In this document: positions 1 through 12,700 of the stretch, in pieces | Layout of the letters: every line of letters begins with the position of its first letter | How positions within the stretch are numbered: the first letter of the stretch is position 1 | From: Catajapyx aquilonaris | Taxonomy: Eukaryota | Reading direction: 5' to 3' | Length of the DNA stretch: 35,624 nt | Assembly: GCA_000934665.2 (NCBI GenBank) | Contig: JYFJ02004888.1 | Coordinates: 1-35,624, forward strand | The notes under the pieces: model-generated | The model's database searches: none | What the model saw: only the letters and a program-made list of their open reading frames with translations | What the model was told of the DNA's origin: nothing | Translations under genes and position numbers: made by a program

Positions 1-42
1 TTCGCGGAAGTACAGGGTGATTTACGAGCTTCGTGAACGTAC

Positions 43-705
43 CTGATCTGACGTGAAGTTTGACCATGTAGTAAGTCGAGGCTGATTTCTGCGGCGAAGA
101 CGACGGATTGGAAGCCACTGTTTCGTTCTGAAGCACGCAGACGGTTTCTTGAACCGGCGTGAGTGGATTCACCATAAAACTGTGGCCCCAAAAAAAAGAG
201 AAGTTATTTGCTACATTCGAAGCGAGTCAAATTAAATCCATATAAGAATCCAATTGAGTTTCGTGCAGGTAAAAAAAAAAGGGTGGTTTTAGGTTTTTGG
301 CTGTGTCGAAACGAAGATTACGACCAGCAATTAATCAGGTCTGGAGCAGGAAGGGTTTTTAGACTCATCCTGTTTGTATGTAAGTCACGCTGTGAAATGA
401 AAAGACTTTACCTGAAAGAGGCAGCCATGCATTCAGGCTCCTGGCGACACCACCCTTGACATTCGTATAATGACAGATTCCTAATGGTGTAGTAGGAATT
501 TCCGCGGTAATCCAAGTCGGTCAATTTCTCAAAGGCGGTTAGACCTGCAATATAGGAAGAGGTCGTAATATTGGCCTGGATTATTCGGAGGGTGTGTCTT
601 GATGACGTATTGTCACATACCTTGCGCGCAACATGCAAAGGCCATCAGGAGCACCACGGGGACGAGGAGGAATGTCTTCAGGGACTGATGCTTCCACTCA
701 CCCAT
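43..705 (-). CDS. Secreted PAN/Apple-domain protein, probably PAN-ZP cuticle/apical matrix family (neyo/morpheyus/nyobe/trynity-like); 5' part only, continues past the left edge
   Basis: Exons complement(621-705, 412-544, 43-179), all GT-AG with consistent phases (1, 2, 1). Spliced translation: MGEWKHQSLKTFLLVPVVLLMAFACCAQG-LTAFEKLTDLDYRGNSYYTIRNLSLYECQGWCRQEPECMAASFS-FMVNPLTPVQETVCVLQNETVASNPSSSPQKSASTYYMVKLHVRS. This is a hydrophobic signal peptide followed by a PAN module (ECxxxC-x4-C-xxxSF...C). The family call is from recalled similarity; the ZP domain is not in the window. The ATG directly follows a strong acceptor (T-run...CCGCAG), implying an upstream exon, probably non-coding. Confidence 0.85.
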
Positions 706-3700
706 CTGCGGAGGAAGAAAAAAAAATCGTCAGAAAATGTCTGGAACATGCAGTGATAGTTGAGTGGTACCACTTGAGACTACAAAAAAGGTGGTGTTAA
801 TTAAGGGGTGTAATTACGAGCCGTGTATATTTACGCATGACTCGGCTGTCCATGTTGCAGTTTTAAAATATTAGCACGTTGAACTTAACCACATTTGTTC
901 TTTAAATATTGTGACATTAGCACAACGTATATATAAAAATGCTCACGATATACAGCACTATGTACATGTCATCGTGACACATGAAAAGCTGAGTAAAATG
1001 TCAGTTTTTCACAAGAAAGAGCACATCAGCTAGGAGTTTTCCAACTTGACACCTAATCATTCAAACACACGCTTCATTGTTGAAGCCTTTTCACTTTTGC
1101 GCCCGTAAGTTATTATCCAACTGTTAAGTACCCCTGCTTGTTACCACATCGCATTTTCGCACATTTCCGGGAGCGTCCTTTCAAAGTCGCACATCAGCAT
1201 GTGCGGGCCATAATAACAGCCCTTGTCAACAGAAAGAATTTCATATTCACGTCGGATGAATAATTAGGTTGGACGTCTAGACACGTTTCGTCCTCACCTA
1301 TACGTGTGCCTTCTTTTTTTTTCACCACACATTTATTCTACCCGTCACGACATGTGAGGAAAAATGATGATGGGCAACTGCCAACTCACACCACCTAACA
1401 GGAGGCGCTCACGATGGCCATTAAACCCGGGTGCTCCCCGTGAAATGGAGTGGACCAAGGATTTTTGATCCCGGTCGTGGGAACCAACTATGATCCGTCA
1501 CACTGAAGAGAAAGGAAGGGCTAAGTCGGCGCCCATAATCCGCCTGACAACCCTGGTATTGACGCCTGATCAGGTTGTGTGAGCAGGAAGGTGTGGAGAG
1601 AGGAAAATTGATGCACCGGTCAACATCCAGTTAAAAAGGCCCAATCAACAATGTCTGGATTTTGCGCCGGAAGCTGCCTAGATTTTTTAACCTCATTATC
1701 TATTCCTAACCGGTATTACGTAAACAGTTAAAGAAATCCAAGCTGGAAATTTGGTTAGAGGTCTTTTTGGCTCAAAATGCTGAAAAACTAGTGTTACAAG
1801 GTAGTGCTTAAGGTCTGGTATCATTCGTCTCTCATTAAAATGTGGCATATTTCTTCCAATATTTCATTACTTGAAAGGTATCAGAATCATTACTTCCTAT
1901 AAAGCCCAGGATTTCGAGAAAAAAACTATAGACATTGAGGTTCTTTGAACTATAGGTGAATTTCCCCGAGGGATCCTCACGTACCCCTGTCAAGCCCCCT
2001 GAAAACGGTGCTTTCGAAGCATCCGAAATTGGTTGCGTAAGAAGAACCAGAGCTGAAAAGGAGATCAGAGAAAAATGAAGTATCCGTTACATCCGTGCTC
2101 CCACGACAGGAGACCTTTTCCCAAGGATATTCGTGACTGCGACATGACCCGATCTGTCACCTGTAACTCTCTCGAATGACGCTTGTAGGTCTGTCCCCAA
2201 ATTTTTTGTCATAATTGCGTGACGGCATCTGAACTTCCCCCATTTTGAATTAGGCCTGGTTGCCACCGCAAACTTGACCGCCATGGAAGCATTTTTTAAA
2301 AACTGCATGCAAAAAGCAAGAAATGGTTGCGGGACACCACAGATTAATTCCGCATAAAAATAGCGGATCTATATCGAGTTTACTGACCACTTATTTGAAG
2401 TTCATGTCTGTACACCCCCTGAGGAGGTCCGTCTAATTCTTATAGGATCATCATCAGATAATCCATCACAAGTCACGGTCCATGCTGGGAAAACAACTTA
2501 TCTTTCCTATGGCATTACACCATTCATCACATGGCATATTTCGGCGTGAAGTATCTCGAGGACATATCGGCATAATTCACGACACTAAACAATATAATTA
2601 CCGGTCAAGATTGGCGCTAACCGTTGAATTTAACTATGCTCGGACCACACATATTACCCCTGAACCCTGCTATCAAGTTGCAAGAACAGGTCACGAAATT
2701 AACCAAAAGTACAGGCAATTTCGTAACGCCTTATTTAGTACTGTGTTATCATCAGTGTGTCACTGCAAGGTGAGCATCCACCATGATTTATGCACTTCCT
2801 CATCCCAAAAAATTTTAGAGCACAGGGGCAACAACATGTTTGGTAACCATGTCCATCAGATAGCAGCGGAAACAGTTGTATAACACAGTACCAACAAGGT
2901 CATCTTATACCGTAATTCCCATAAGTCTGTGACTTTCTTGCCAGCATATACTTCATAACGTGGTGCATGACTGCCGGATGTGATGGTCCCGATCATCCTG
3001 ATTGACAACCAGCCACTAACCATTTTCTGTTCATTGTGTCCAAATCGGTGTAAAAGTACCCGAGGGACACTTTTCACGGCCTGAGGACTTTCTTTCAGCT
3101 CCATGCTTATTTTTCTTCCAAGTCTTTGGCTCCATCAAAAAATCCAACGGCCGCAGTCCTCCATCCCCATTGTCCAGCTGTCCACTCGAATTCACCGCCG
3201 GACAACAGTTGGAATTTCACTTTTGCTCTCCTCTCCTCCAGAACCGAAAAAAAACCCACCCAGATTGGATGCTGGGGGTACTTGCGGCCACTCCCGCCGT
3301 AAATAATGAAAAGATCCCCCCGAAAGGAAGTCCCCTTTTTTTTCAAAAAAAAAAAAAATATGTGCAGAAGAGTTGGCAAAAGATGGCTTCCTATTCGGTC
3401 GTTGAACTCTCTCTCCTCACCTGTGTCCTTGGTGCCGAAAGACAGGTAGGAGAGGGGGAAAAAAAGTGTTGTGAGAGGGTGGGGGGGACTCTCTCTTTCA
3501 TAGCGGTGCTCCCATTGCATCACACCATCCCCATTTTTATTTACGGAAGGATGGCCTTCCGGGACTCGATTCTGTTATTTTATATGGCAATAAAATCTTT
3601 CAATACTTGCAAAGTGCAGAGGGTCACCTACTAAATTATAGGTGCAGCTTCACTCACTAATATGTCAGTGTCATTCATATTCCTAGAGGAAAATGACACA

Positions 3701-6700
3701 TCAGCAGGTGACATAATGGGTTACAGTCTACGAAGACATTTGCAACTCAATTCCTTTTATAATTAGTAACAAGGAGGGCAACGACCTGTCCCCCACGATT
3801 GCCATACAGGGCAAGCCTCTTCCATCATCAGCAATTAATCTGAGTCCCCCCCCATAAAGCACAATCAGATCTGTCCATTGATGATGGCAGATTGCTGGCC
3901 ACACATAAAACCACGGTCATGCGAATCCGACCTAGGCCCACAAAACTCAGGAACTTGAACAAAAAAGCATCAATAGGTAACAGTAATGATCCCACAGTTG
4001 AACGGTACAGCATTTGAGGCATACTGAGAGATTTTTCCTTCACCTACCCTCGAAGATAATGAGTGGGTGGATGGTTATGGCCAGCCTCGGACGTGTTGCT
4101 GGAAACGGTGTCGGCCTTGGGAGGAAGAACTTGCTACCTCACTAGGTCACTTCAGTTCACTCCTCACACACTTGGCTGTGTGACCAACCAGCGTGACTTT
4201 GCCATGGCGGTGGAGGCCTTCTTCTTCCTTTTTTTTGTGTATGGACACAATCATCTTACACCATATACACGCCTTGATGACTCGGCCACACCCCTGCCCA
4301 GAATGCGTTTTTTGGGGGGAAGCAGTGAGCATTACTTTTGGTGGCATCTTCCTCATTCTGATGGTGGTCAACGGGTCACATCTTCAGGCATTCTCTACAT
4401 CAGTCACATGTTACGTCAATTAGTGTTATATTTGACAGCATATTTCCTTCACACTGAGGGTCAACAGCTCCTGGTTTTGCACAGGGTGCTTGAAGTAAGT
4501 GCTGAGACAGGCGCCCTGCTGTTGGCAACAGGGATGTTAGCGTCTGTACAGTTAAGGAAGAGTGAAGCAAATGAAGGAACCGGAATATTCCATCACTTAT
4601 GCAAACTGGAATCTTTGTTTTGCCCTCCCGCAATGAAGTCATTGCTTTTGCTACAGCAAAAAATGAATGGCGTTGTTATACTTGAAATTCTACAATAGCC
4701 GCTTTGTACCCCGGTTTTGCAAGGACATAAACTTACTTGCACTACAATCATATTTTGCATATTAATCCTTCGGGCTTCGTCTTCATGCAAAAAAAGGCAT
4801 GTTCCCACCACACTGCCATTTTCCATCCTTCGTGAAATTGCTAATTCCTCAATTTCGCTCAGCCCAGAGTACCACGGTCCACAGAGTGTCCGGCCAGATT
4901 ACTTGGTCTGTAGGTCTGTAAGGTATCTGCGGTTTATCCTGGGCGATGATTCCTCCACGTACCAGAGGACCTTCTTTGTTGGCTTCCTCACCTGGCCGCG
5001 CGTGTGAAATCCGATCCCGGTAAGAGAAAGAGAACGGTAGCCATGCTTCACTCGCGTACTGTTATTAACACCATCAGGCCGGAACACCCAAATGACCTAA
5101 TCAACAAGCGGTTGCTGTTGCATCCTCGAATTGGTCCAACAGTCTTTCGGTATATGTTGCTGCCAGGGGTGTTTGCTCAAACTGCAGGAATCGCGATGAC
5201 CACGCCAGGGGTCAACAACTTTCTTTTGTTCACCGGCCAGAGTGGGGGGTCACCACCTCGCAAATGGAGGTTTCGTGACCATTATTTTAAGTGGAAGCAA
5301 GAGCAGAAAAAAATGGTGATTTGGAAAAAAAGGCGCAATTATTGTGAGTGCGCGCAATTGGCGCCTTCCACGACGGCAATACTATAGTTTGCTGAGTTGT
5401 CACCTGCTGTAATGTTTTTTTTGGTCAGAAAATGATGGCAGTCACATCCGCGATCTTTGTGCCAGATCGGACGTCGCCAAGTCTTTCAGATTCCTATCTA
5501 AGGCCTCCTTTTGTTGATAGTCCAGCTGAGTCATGAGCTGGAACTACCTGGGATAGCGGCTTCTGGGAGCTAATCTGCCACTTACACACCCTTTATGGTC
5601 CTGCACTTCACAATGGACCAGAACCCCGAAGACACGTCATTTGTCAAGCTAGGCCACGATTTTTTCGCAGGGAAAAATAAAAGCTTGAACTTTATGAACG
5701 AGGAGTCGCCAACAATAATAGCACGTCTTCTTTTATTGAAGTGCAATGGAGTAATGGCGCATCCAAACCAGTTTCACGCATGCAATCGAACTTCTTTGTC
5801 TCCAGGTCCACCATCTGGTCCGCCATTTTTTCTCCATGTACCATCAAGGGCAAGTCGACTAGCGGGACACACAGTATATCTCCGAATGCATACCGTCAGT
5901 TAGGAAGTTACACCGTTGGTATTGTTGTGGTCTGCTGTTAATATGATCTGACCTGAATCCGCAAGCATTTATGTCCATGCAAGTGGGCGCTGCTGGGAAT
6001 CTTCCGAAGAATCCAGGCATGGCCATCCTGACCTACAGTTCCATTGTCACATGTCTTTCTCCCCAGGAGGCTGCGAACAGTACCTGCCAAAATACGTGTG
6101 TTTGCGACAAGGGAGTGACAAGCATGAGAAATGGTTGGAAAATGTGCGGAAAAAGGCGGTCTTCTTATGTATAAGCATGATGAGGACTGGAGGGGAGCAC
6201 GTGTACCGGTTGTGCACGCGTCCTCCTCGTCTCTGGGCCGTGACCTTCTCCTGTACAGTTAGAGCAGGGAACTTGGCTCGGCGGAAGGAATTAGCCAAAA
6301 CGGGATTCTGCTTGGAACCCTGTTTGCGGGGTTTTATTCTCCTCGGACTCCTTGCATCTCATCCACATCGCCTCTCACCCTATACCCACCCACGCCCTTC
6401 TCTTATGCGGCGATATTCGAACCCTTTCATGACGGTCATTAATTTGCCTGGCTGATTACAGCCCAGTAATTCGTTCCTTCGACAAAGTTGCACATGACTC
6501 AGGCTAATTGCTCGCACCATCCATCATTAGTCGAGACAGTATTAACGACTTGGTTACAGTATGGCTGTTGCTTAAAATAATTTTTTGCGGTGAATTGACA
6601 CGAATTTTCTTTACAGCCATAAACAGCAACGCTGTCGCGACAAGAGTACCGTAAGTGTGTATTAAACAAGTTTCATTTTTGACTTTGGATTTTTAGGGCA

Positions 6701-9700
6701 AGACAGTTAATGAATTCATGGTGCAGTAGAGTAACTGTACGTTATTAAAAAGTAAATACAAGGGATGTTGCCGGCTTAATATTAGACATTGATATAGATG
6801 TGCTGAGATGAAAATTCCACTACTTCTAAATTCGAATCAACAAACATTTCATTTGAAATAAAGTCCTGTAATCAGAGACAGCTAGCATGCACAGTCTAAC
6901 GGCACTTGTCACATAGAATGTAAGAATTACTAATTAACCATTAGCCTTGTAATACAAACAAGGACCTGAGACCTGCAACAGCAGACACAAATCATCTAAC
7001 CTGGAATTGACATATTGCTTTTGCTTCATTGATGGAACAGCAGGTACCCCTTACAGCATGGAAGAAATCCACATGCCATCAGCATTTTATAAGATAGAAC
7101 CTACAATATCATAAGGTTTACGTACATACATATTAAGTTCCCTGACACCCAAGTTACAATCCTCAACCTCCCTATTTAAAAATCGAACCTTATCCGGTGG
7201 CATTGTGCAGCAATACTGGTGTGCAATTTCCGACAGCGAACACGAACCTTCCACATTGAACCCCACACCGCGAAAAAACCAAGAGCAAAGGAAACTGTAT
7301 AATTTACCGACCAATTTCCAAAGTGCAATAAACTTTACGAGCAAGCACCTTCGTTCAACCTGCGCATAAAATCGTTTTAGACCTCCCATTTTTTTCTCCA
7401 GATGCCTTCTATAGTCTATTCTTACAGTATATACAGTATAACCAGGGCGCTGTCATCGCTCGCAATTTGTCATGGAATAATAAAATGCCCCGAGCATGAG
7501 CATGGCTTCCAGGAAGATGTCATGGGACGTGAAGCCCAAACTTTTGGTAAGTGGGGAAGTAATAATAATAAGGAGAGGAAGGGCGTGGCTTATACATAAG
7601 AAAAGGCAGGGTGTCCAGGAAGGAAAATTACGGAAGCAAATGGATCCGCACGGCGAACCCGAATTTTTTTTATGGCCTGTTGGCCCCTTCCCCTTATAAT
7701 AATAAAGAGGGACCTTCTTTCATCCAGGGCGGAAGAACAAGATATCACGAATTCGCGTGATTTGGCTCCGGAATTTGTGGAGATTGCAATTGGGCAAAAA
7801 GGACCACCTCTGTGGAACCAATCTATAGGCGCCTGTCACCCTATTCCTATGCGAATTATTCGGAGGACCTCCCACCGGTGATTAAATCGAATTCGAATTT
7901 GGAAGTTCCCGTTTGGGCGATTCGTATCGCAACATTCGGATCGCTGATTACACGCACAATAGTGAGGTAATATCGTTCCGCATGGCATTTGGTGTGATGC
8001 AACCTTGACTTTTTCCGGAACAATTATTTCATTGCCTATTAGCACCGGGTATATTGATGGAGGCGATAACGCACCGTTATGTTGAAGTGAAAAATGATTT
8101 GCCATAATTCAAAAATGACTCTGAACTTTTGGAACTTAGTAGTTCAAGGTCAGCTGCCCAATTATTTGCTAAATTCGCAAGAAATGGTCACAATAATTGA
8201 ACCAGTAAATTGACAATTGCTTGCGTAAGACCTGTGAACCTGCCCTTTTTTGACTGAAGGGAATGTTTTTGATATTATTACACATACGAGTATTATGGCA
8301 TAGGTGTAAAGCAAAAACCAACATGGTTGGGAGGCTCATCCTTAACAGAACAAACTGGGTACAAAACTTTCTCACGAAAATTACACAATTGAATCTCCAT
8401 AAAGCACGAGACCTTTCGCGTCACGTTATAAAAATTATTATGCTGCCACACTAACTGTACTGTGAAAAGTCTTTTGCAAAATCCCCCCCTGAAGGCTCAG
8501 TACAACCGTATAACATGCATCTGCCCCAATCTGTCTCGTAACTTACTTCCTATTTGCGAAGTCCGAGATATGGGCGAGGGCAGTCACGTGTTATGCAAAT
8601 GAATCTGCGAACTCGAACCGGTCACAAAAAAAACAAAGACGCTGCTGGCCATGACCCTTTAAGAAACACACAATGCAACCGGTAACACCAAGTATTGCCA
8701 TAATTGGCAAAATGGTAGCGAGTTGCGCAATTTTGTGGAAAAAACAACGCGGCAATCCAGCTTTTGAACACACCCCCTTTTAGGTAGCCCTATAATAATA
8801 TGGCCACTGGCGTTGTTAATAGAGCGTGAAGTTAACCGGGACTTTTTCCTTCAAACCCAAGGTCAATTACCAAGAGGGTTGGTGGCAGAAAATTTGCACG
8901 GTGAGAAAAGCAATTCGGGAAGTGCGGGACAACAAACGAAGCTGATGAGTTTTGCTGAGAATAAATGCAGCCAATGTTCCCACCGCAACAATGCAGTGGG
9001 GGGGCTGAAAATCGATTTGGATGGCGACAAATTAAAATGGCTCCTATTGTTGTGCAGAGGTGCTCGGCAAAACCAGACGCGTCTAATTCACTGTTTGCTA
9101 TCAGATTTTTTGGACGATATAAGCACATTTTGATATTCGTCGCGAAAACAACAATGACGTAAACGAGACCATTTTTAGGACATTGTAACTTTGTCGGTAA
9201 AAGCTATTGTCATATTTGGCTAAGGATAAGCACATTTGCTTCCATAAAAGGTGTAGCGAATGCAGGGGTTTCATTACTGCCCATCAAGTCCGATGCCCCC
9301 ATTCATTTCTAAAGGCTGCAGGTGCCAATTACTTAGGTTGCAAAGACTCGTGCTACCTGAGTGGTCATCGTGGGCCCAGTGGGTCCGGTTTTGTTCCTCA
9401 CTGTCGCAAATCACGAGATTGAATAATTATCATCATTGCTTCAGGAAAAGTGTTGACTGGAATGGGACCTAATCTGTGGTATTTTAGGTTACTCTCTAAA
9501 TTCATGGAGGTGTATTGATATAACTAGTGCCAATATTAGCCTAAACCTCATGAAATTGAGCTATGTTTAATAATACACTATACAGTATGTAGCCCATATG
9601 TATTCTGAGCAAACGTGCAATTGAGTGAAAAACTACAAGTTCAAAATAATTAATAAAAATTAGGATTATTAAATAATTAGTAATCTTACTTACAAAAGCC

Positions 9701-12700
9701 TATATATAATGTAGTCCTACAGGCCTTAAAAGATTAAACGCCATAAAACCAACAAGCACTGACTGGAAAGGAAACCACAAATAGCAATAATAAACCCAAA
9801 ACAGCCCTAAACTATAAGAATTGACAATTAGTTTTTATGGACTCTTTCTCTACTTTACAAATGACTTAATTGCAGCAGAAAAAGACTTAGCATTCCCATC
9901 ACACCATTATGGCTCTGCTAAACATTTAACAATTAACGTGAAGCCATATACCATATTCGAGTAGCAATATGGGCACATCATATTTTACATGAAATTACAA
10001 AAATAATTACCAAGAAACATTTTTTGGCACGAGAATTTTGGAATTATCCTTTTTGCGCTCTTTTGCCTTTAAAATAACAAAAATTTTAATTGCAGAAAGA
10101 CTGTTAGCACGAATGTACTTCCTGCACATGCAATACGGTTATGACCCTTACCGCGGAATCTCCAGCCGCTTCTGCCATACACCTTACTGAACACGGTACT
10201 GTACACCCAAACTGCAGTTACCTTTTATGCCGGTATACATGCAATACTGTAACCCTGTCCCTGAACTCCCATATAGCCTACCCGTGATGCTACTACATGT
10301 ACGGGAGATCAGGAGTCTGCAGAAATCGCACCTGATGAGAACATACCTTTGTATCCTGCAACAACCCCGGAACAACAATCACTCTTCCAACAAAGAAGCA
10401 GCTCCCGGGAGTACAAGTTCACGTGAAAGAAACAACAGGTCGACTAGTTGCGATGCAGCAGCGGTCACGACTGAGTCATAACTGGAAGACCAAGTCCAAA
10501 GGCGTACCAGAAGCCACCACAGCACACACTTTTTCGCGGAAAAAATGATGAAGATGTAACCTCCGGACCGGTAGTGTTCCCCGGAGACAAGTTGCCTTCC
10601 AGAAGCCCTTGGCCTTGGCTTTATACCCATCATGAAAGCATAACAGGGCAACCGAGACCAGGCCCATCTCCATTGGCCGTCAACAGAGCTCTTCCTGGCT
10701 CCTGATTGGCCCACACCTGCCCGAGACTGTTATATTCTTTTCTCTTCCGTTCTCGGAGGGAATGCCAACTCGGAAAGGGAAAAAGATCACGCTCAAATGG
10801 AATCATCTTTCTGCACGTGGATGACTCCATTTCGATTTTTTTTTAAAGGTTCAACCTGAGTGGTTCCATATCATGCATTGACAATCAATTCTTTCCGGTA
10901 GTTAAAAATCTAATTAAATTAATTAAACAGGTAACGCACCGGAAGCCTACGTTAAAAATGACAAAACCACCAAAAAATTATTGAGATCCTATACTATAGA
11001 TGCAGCACATTGTTGTTTTAATAACTGTGCGCAATACTGCAAGATGAACCTGTGTCCCACTTCACAGCAGTAATTAAACATGCTGACGTGTGAGTTTTCC
11101 AATTGGGACTTAGCTAATAGCTTATGAATGTACCGGTACCATTTTGGCATTTATCATTCACAAAGTAATATTTATGGTCAACGGTAGTAGCAATCAGTAA
11201 GGCTATAAAATTCAAAATCGTATGTACCGGTATGTCTAGTCCGGTGATTGCGCAATCGGTATGTTGCAAGTAATGTAGGCCTACCGCCTACGTAGAATTA
11301 TAAAGTACCGTACAATAATTCTTAATTCTTAGGCAGAAGGGGGGTTTTCCTGTTTTGAAAACAATAACAAGCAAGAGCTGACATGTGAGATTGCAATTTG
11401 CATACAATGCGGCAAGGACTGAACTAAACATTAAGGCCCAATTGTTTTAGCCGTAAAAATATTATTACTAATGATAATGGCTGGTACATTAAACGCAACA
11501 GAAAAACACCGTTTTGACACTTCATCACCTCGTATTTAATATTTTAATGCCTCTCTTTTTATCACTTGGCTAAAGTCGGAATAGCATATTTTACATCTTG
11601 ACCTGTATAGTTCCCACGATTAATAATTCCCATAAAAAGACACCACATAATTCGAAATATCCGAAGGTTTCATGACTGACAAGGCGTTTGTTGATATCAC
11701 TAATGTCTTGCCCGACGCAATCAAGCGATCTCCGCTGCAACTATTGTTGTCGGAAGTACCAAACACCACGGTGCAAGCCTCATTTTCGCCATTTCATTCA
11801 CCATCGCGAAATGACTTCCCCCAACCGAAGCTGACCCTTCCGACCCATGAAACAAGGATCTGACAAGTCTAAAATTGCAATGTGGAGGAATCAGACGGTG
11901 CAATCTTCAATTTCGTCACATATTGATGCCCCGTCAGACATTAGCCCAAAACACAAAAGAGACAAAGGGAAGCTCCAGAACCTTATTGTTGGATCAAAGA
12001 TAGCCAGGAATCCAAGGTGTTGAAAAAAAAAAGTAGAAGCGGCCAGAGTCAAGTGGCCCGTGCAAAAAAAAGATGTGAAGATGATGACGAGGCTGGGCCA
12101 GTTGCGGGATCGCCTCTTCGGATGGTTGCACTCGAGGTGTGATAGAAAACATTTTAAAAAGGGCCGACGATGCCAATCACTCTGCACAAGGGTCAAGGAC
12201 TCCTCCTTATGTAATATTTCCAGCATATCCTGGCAAATATATTCTCATATGAATTATGCACAGGCAGTACTCCGTAAAAAAAATGCCATTAATAAATAAA
12301 GCGCGGCCACTTCCGCGAGGGTCTTCCGAAGGGCCATAAGATCTCCTCCATACTAATTTCTGGCAGAGGAAGCAAGGTGTGACCAAAGCGTGAACTCATT
12401 AAGTTTGCCCACAATGAAGGTGCCGTCCTTTTGCTGGTGCACGTGGACCCTCCAGAGTTAGTTGGTTCCGTTTGGACAACTCCTTCCGGGAGACCGCTTG
12501 CGTTTGTCCCATAGATTTTTATAATATAAAACCAGCGGTTCTTCATTTTTTTTTTCATCCTTTTCCTCCTTCCTGGCTTCACTCGGGTGTGCTTCCGAAG
12601 GAGAAAGTACTTTTCCTATCATCACGTCAGTCACGGAAGAAGTCGTTAGGTCTCAAGACCTTCCCCCGTTCTTCATGTGCTGCCTTCTTGAAGGCTTCCC

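Noticed and set aside
1119..1126. AACTGTTA Ovo/Shavenbaby-like site upstream of the PAN/ZP-type coding region
   Set aside because: Biologically plausible because Drosophila ZP genes are Shavenbaby targets, but a single 8-mer cannot be distinguished from chance.
4063..4698. 211-aa plus-strand ORF
   Set aside because: Starts at GTG, has no recognisable domain or motif, and no spliceable partner exons. Consistent with a chance open frame.
8564..8577. 14-mer CGAGATATGGGCGA shared with the inner MITE (28584-28597)
   Set aside because: No extension on either side, and a 14-nt match somewhere in a 35-kb self-comparison is expected by chance.
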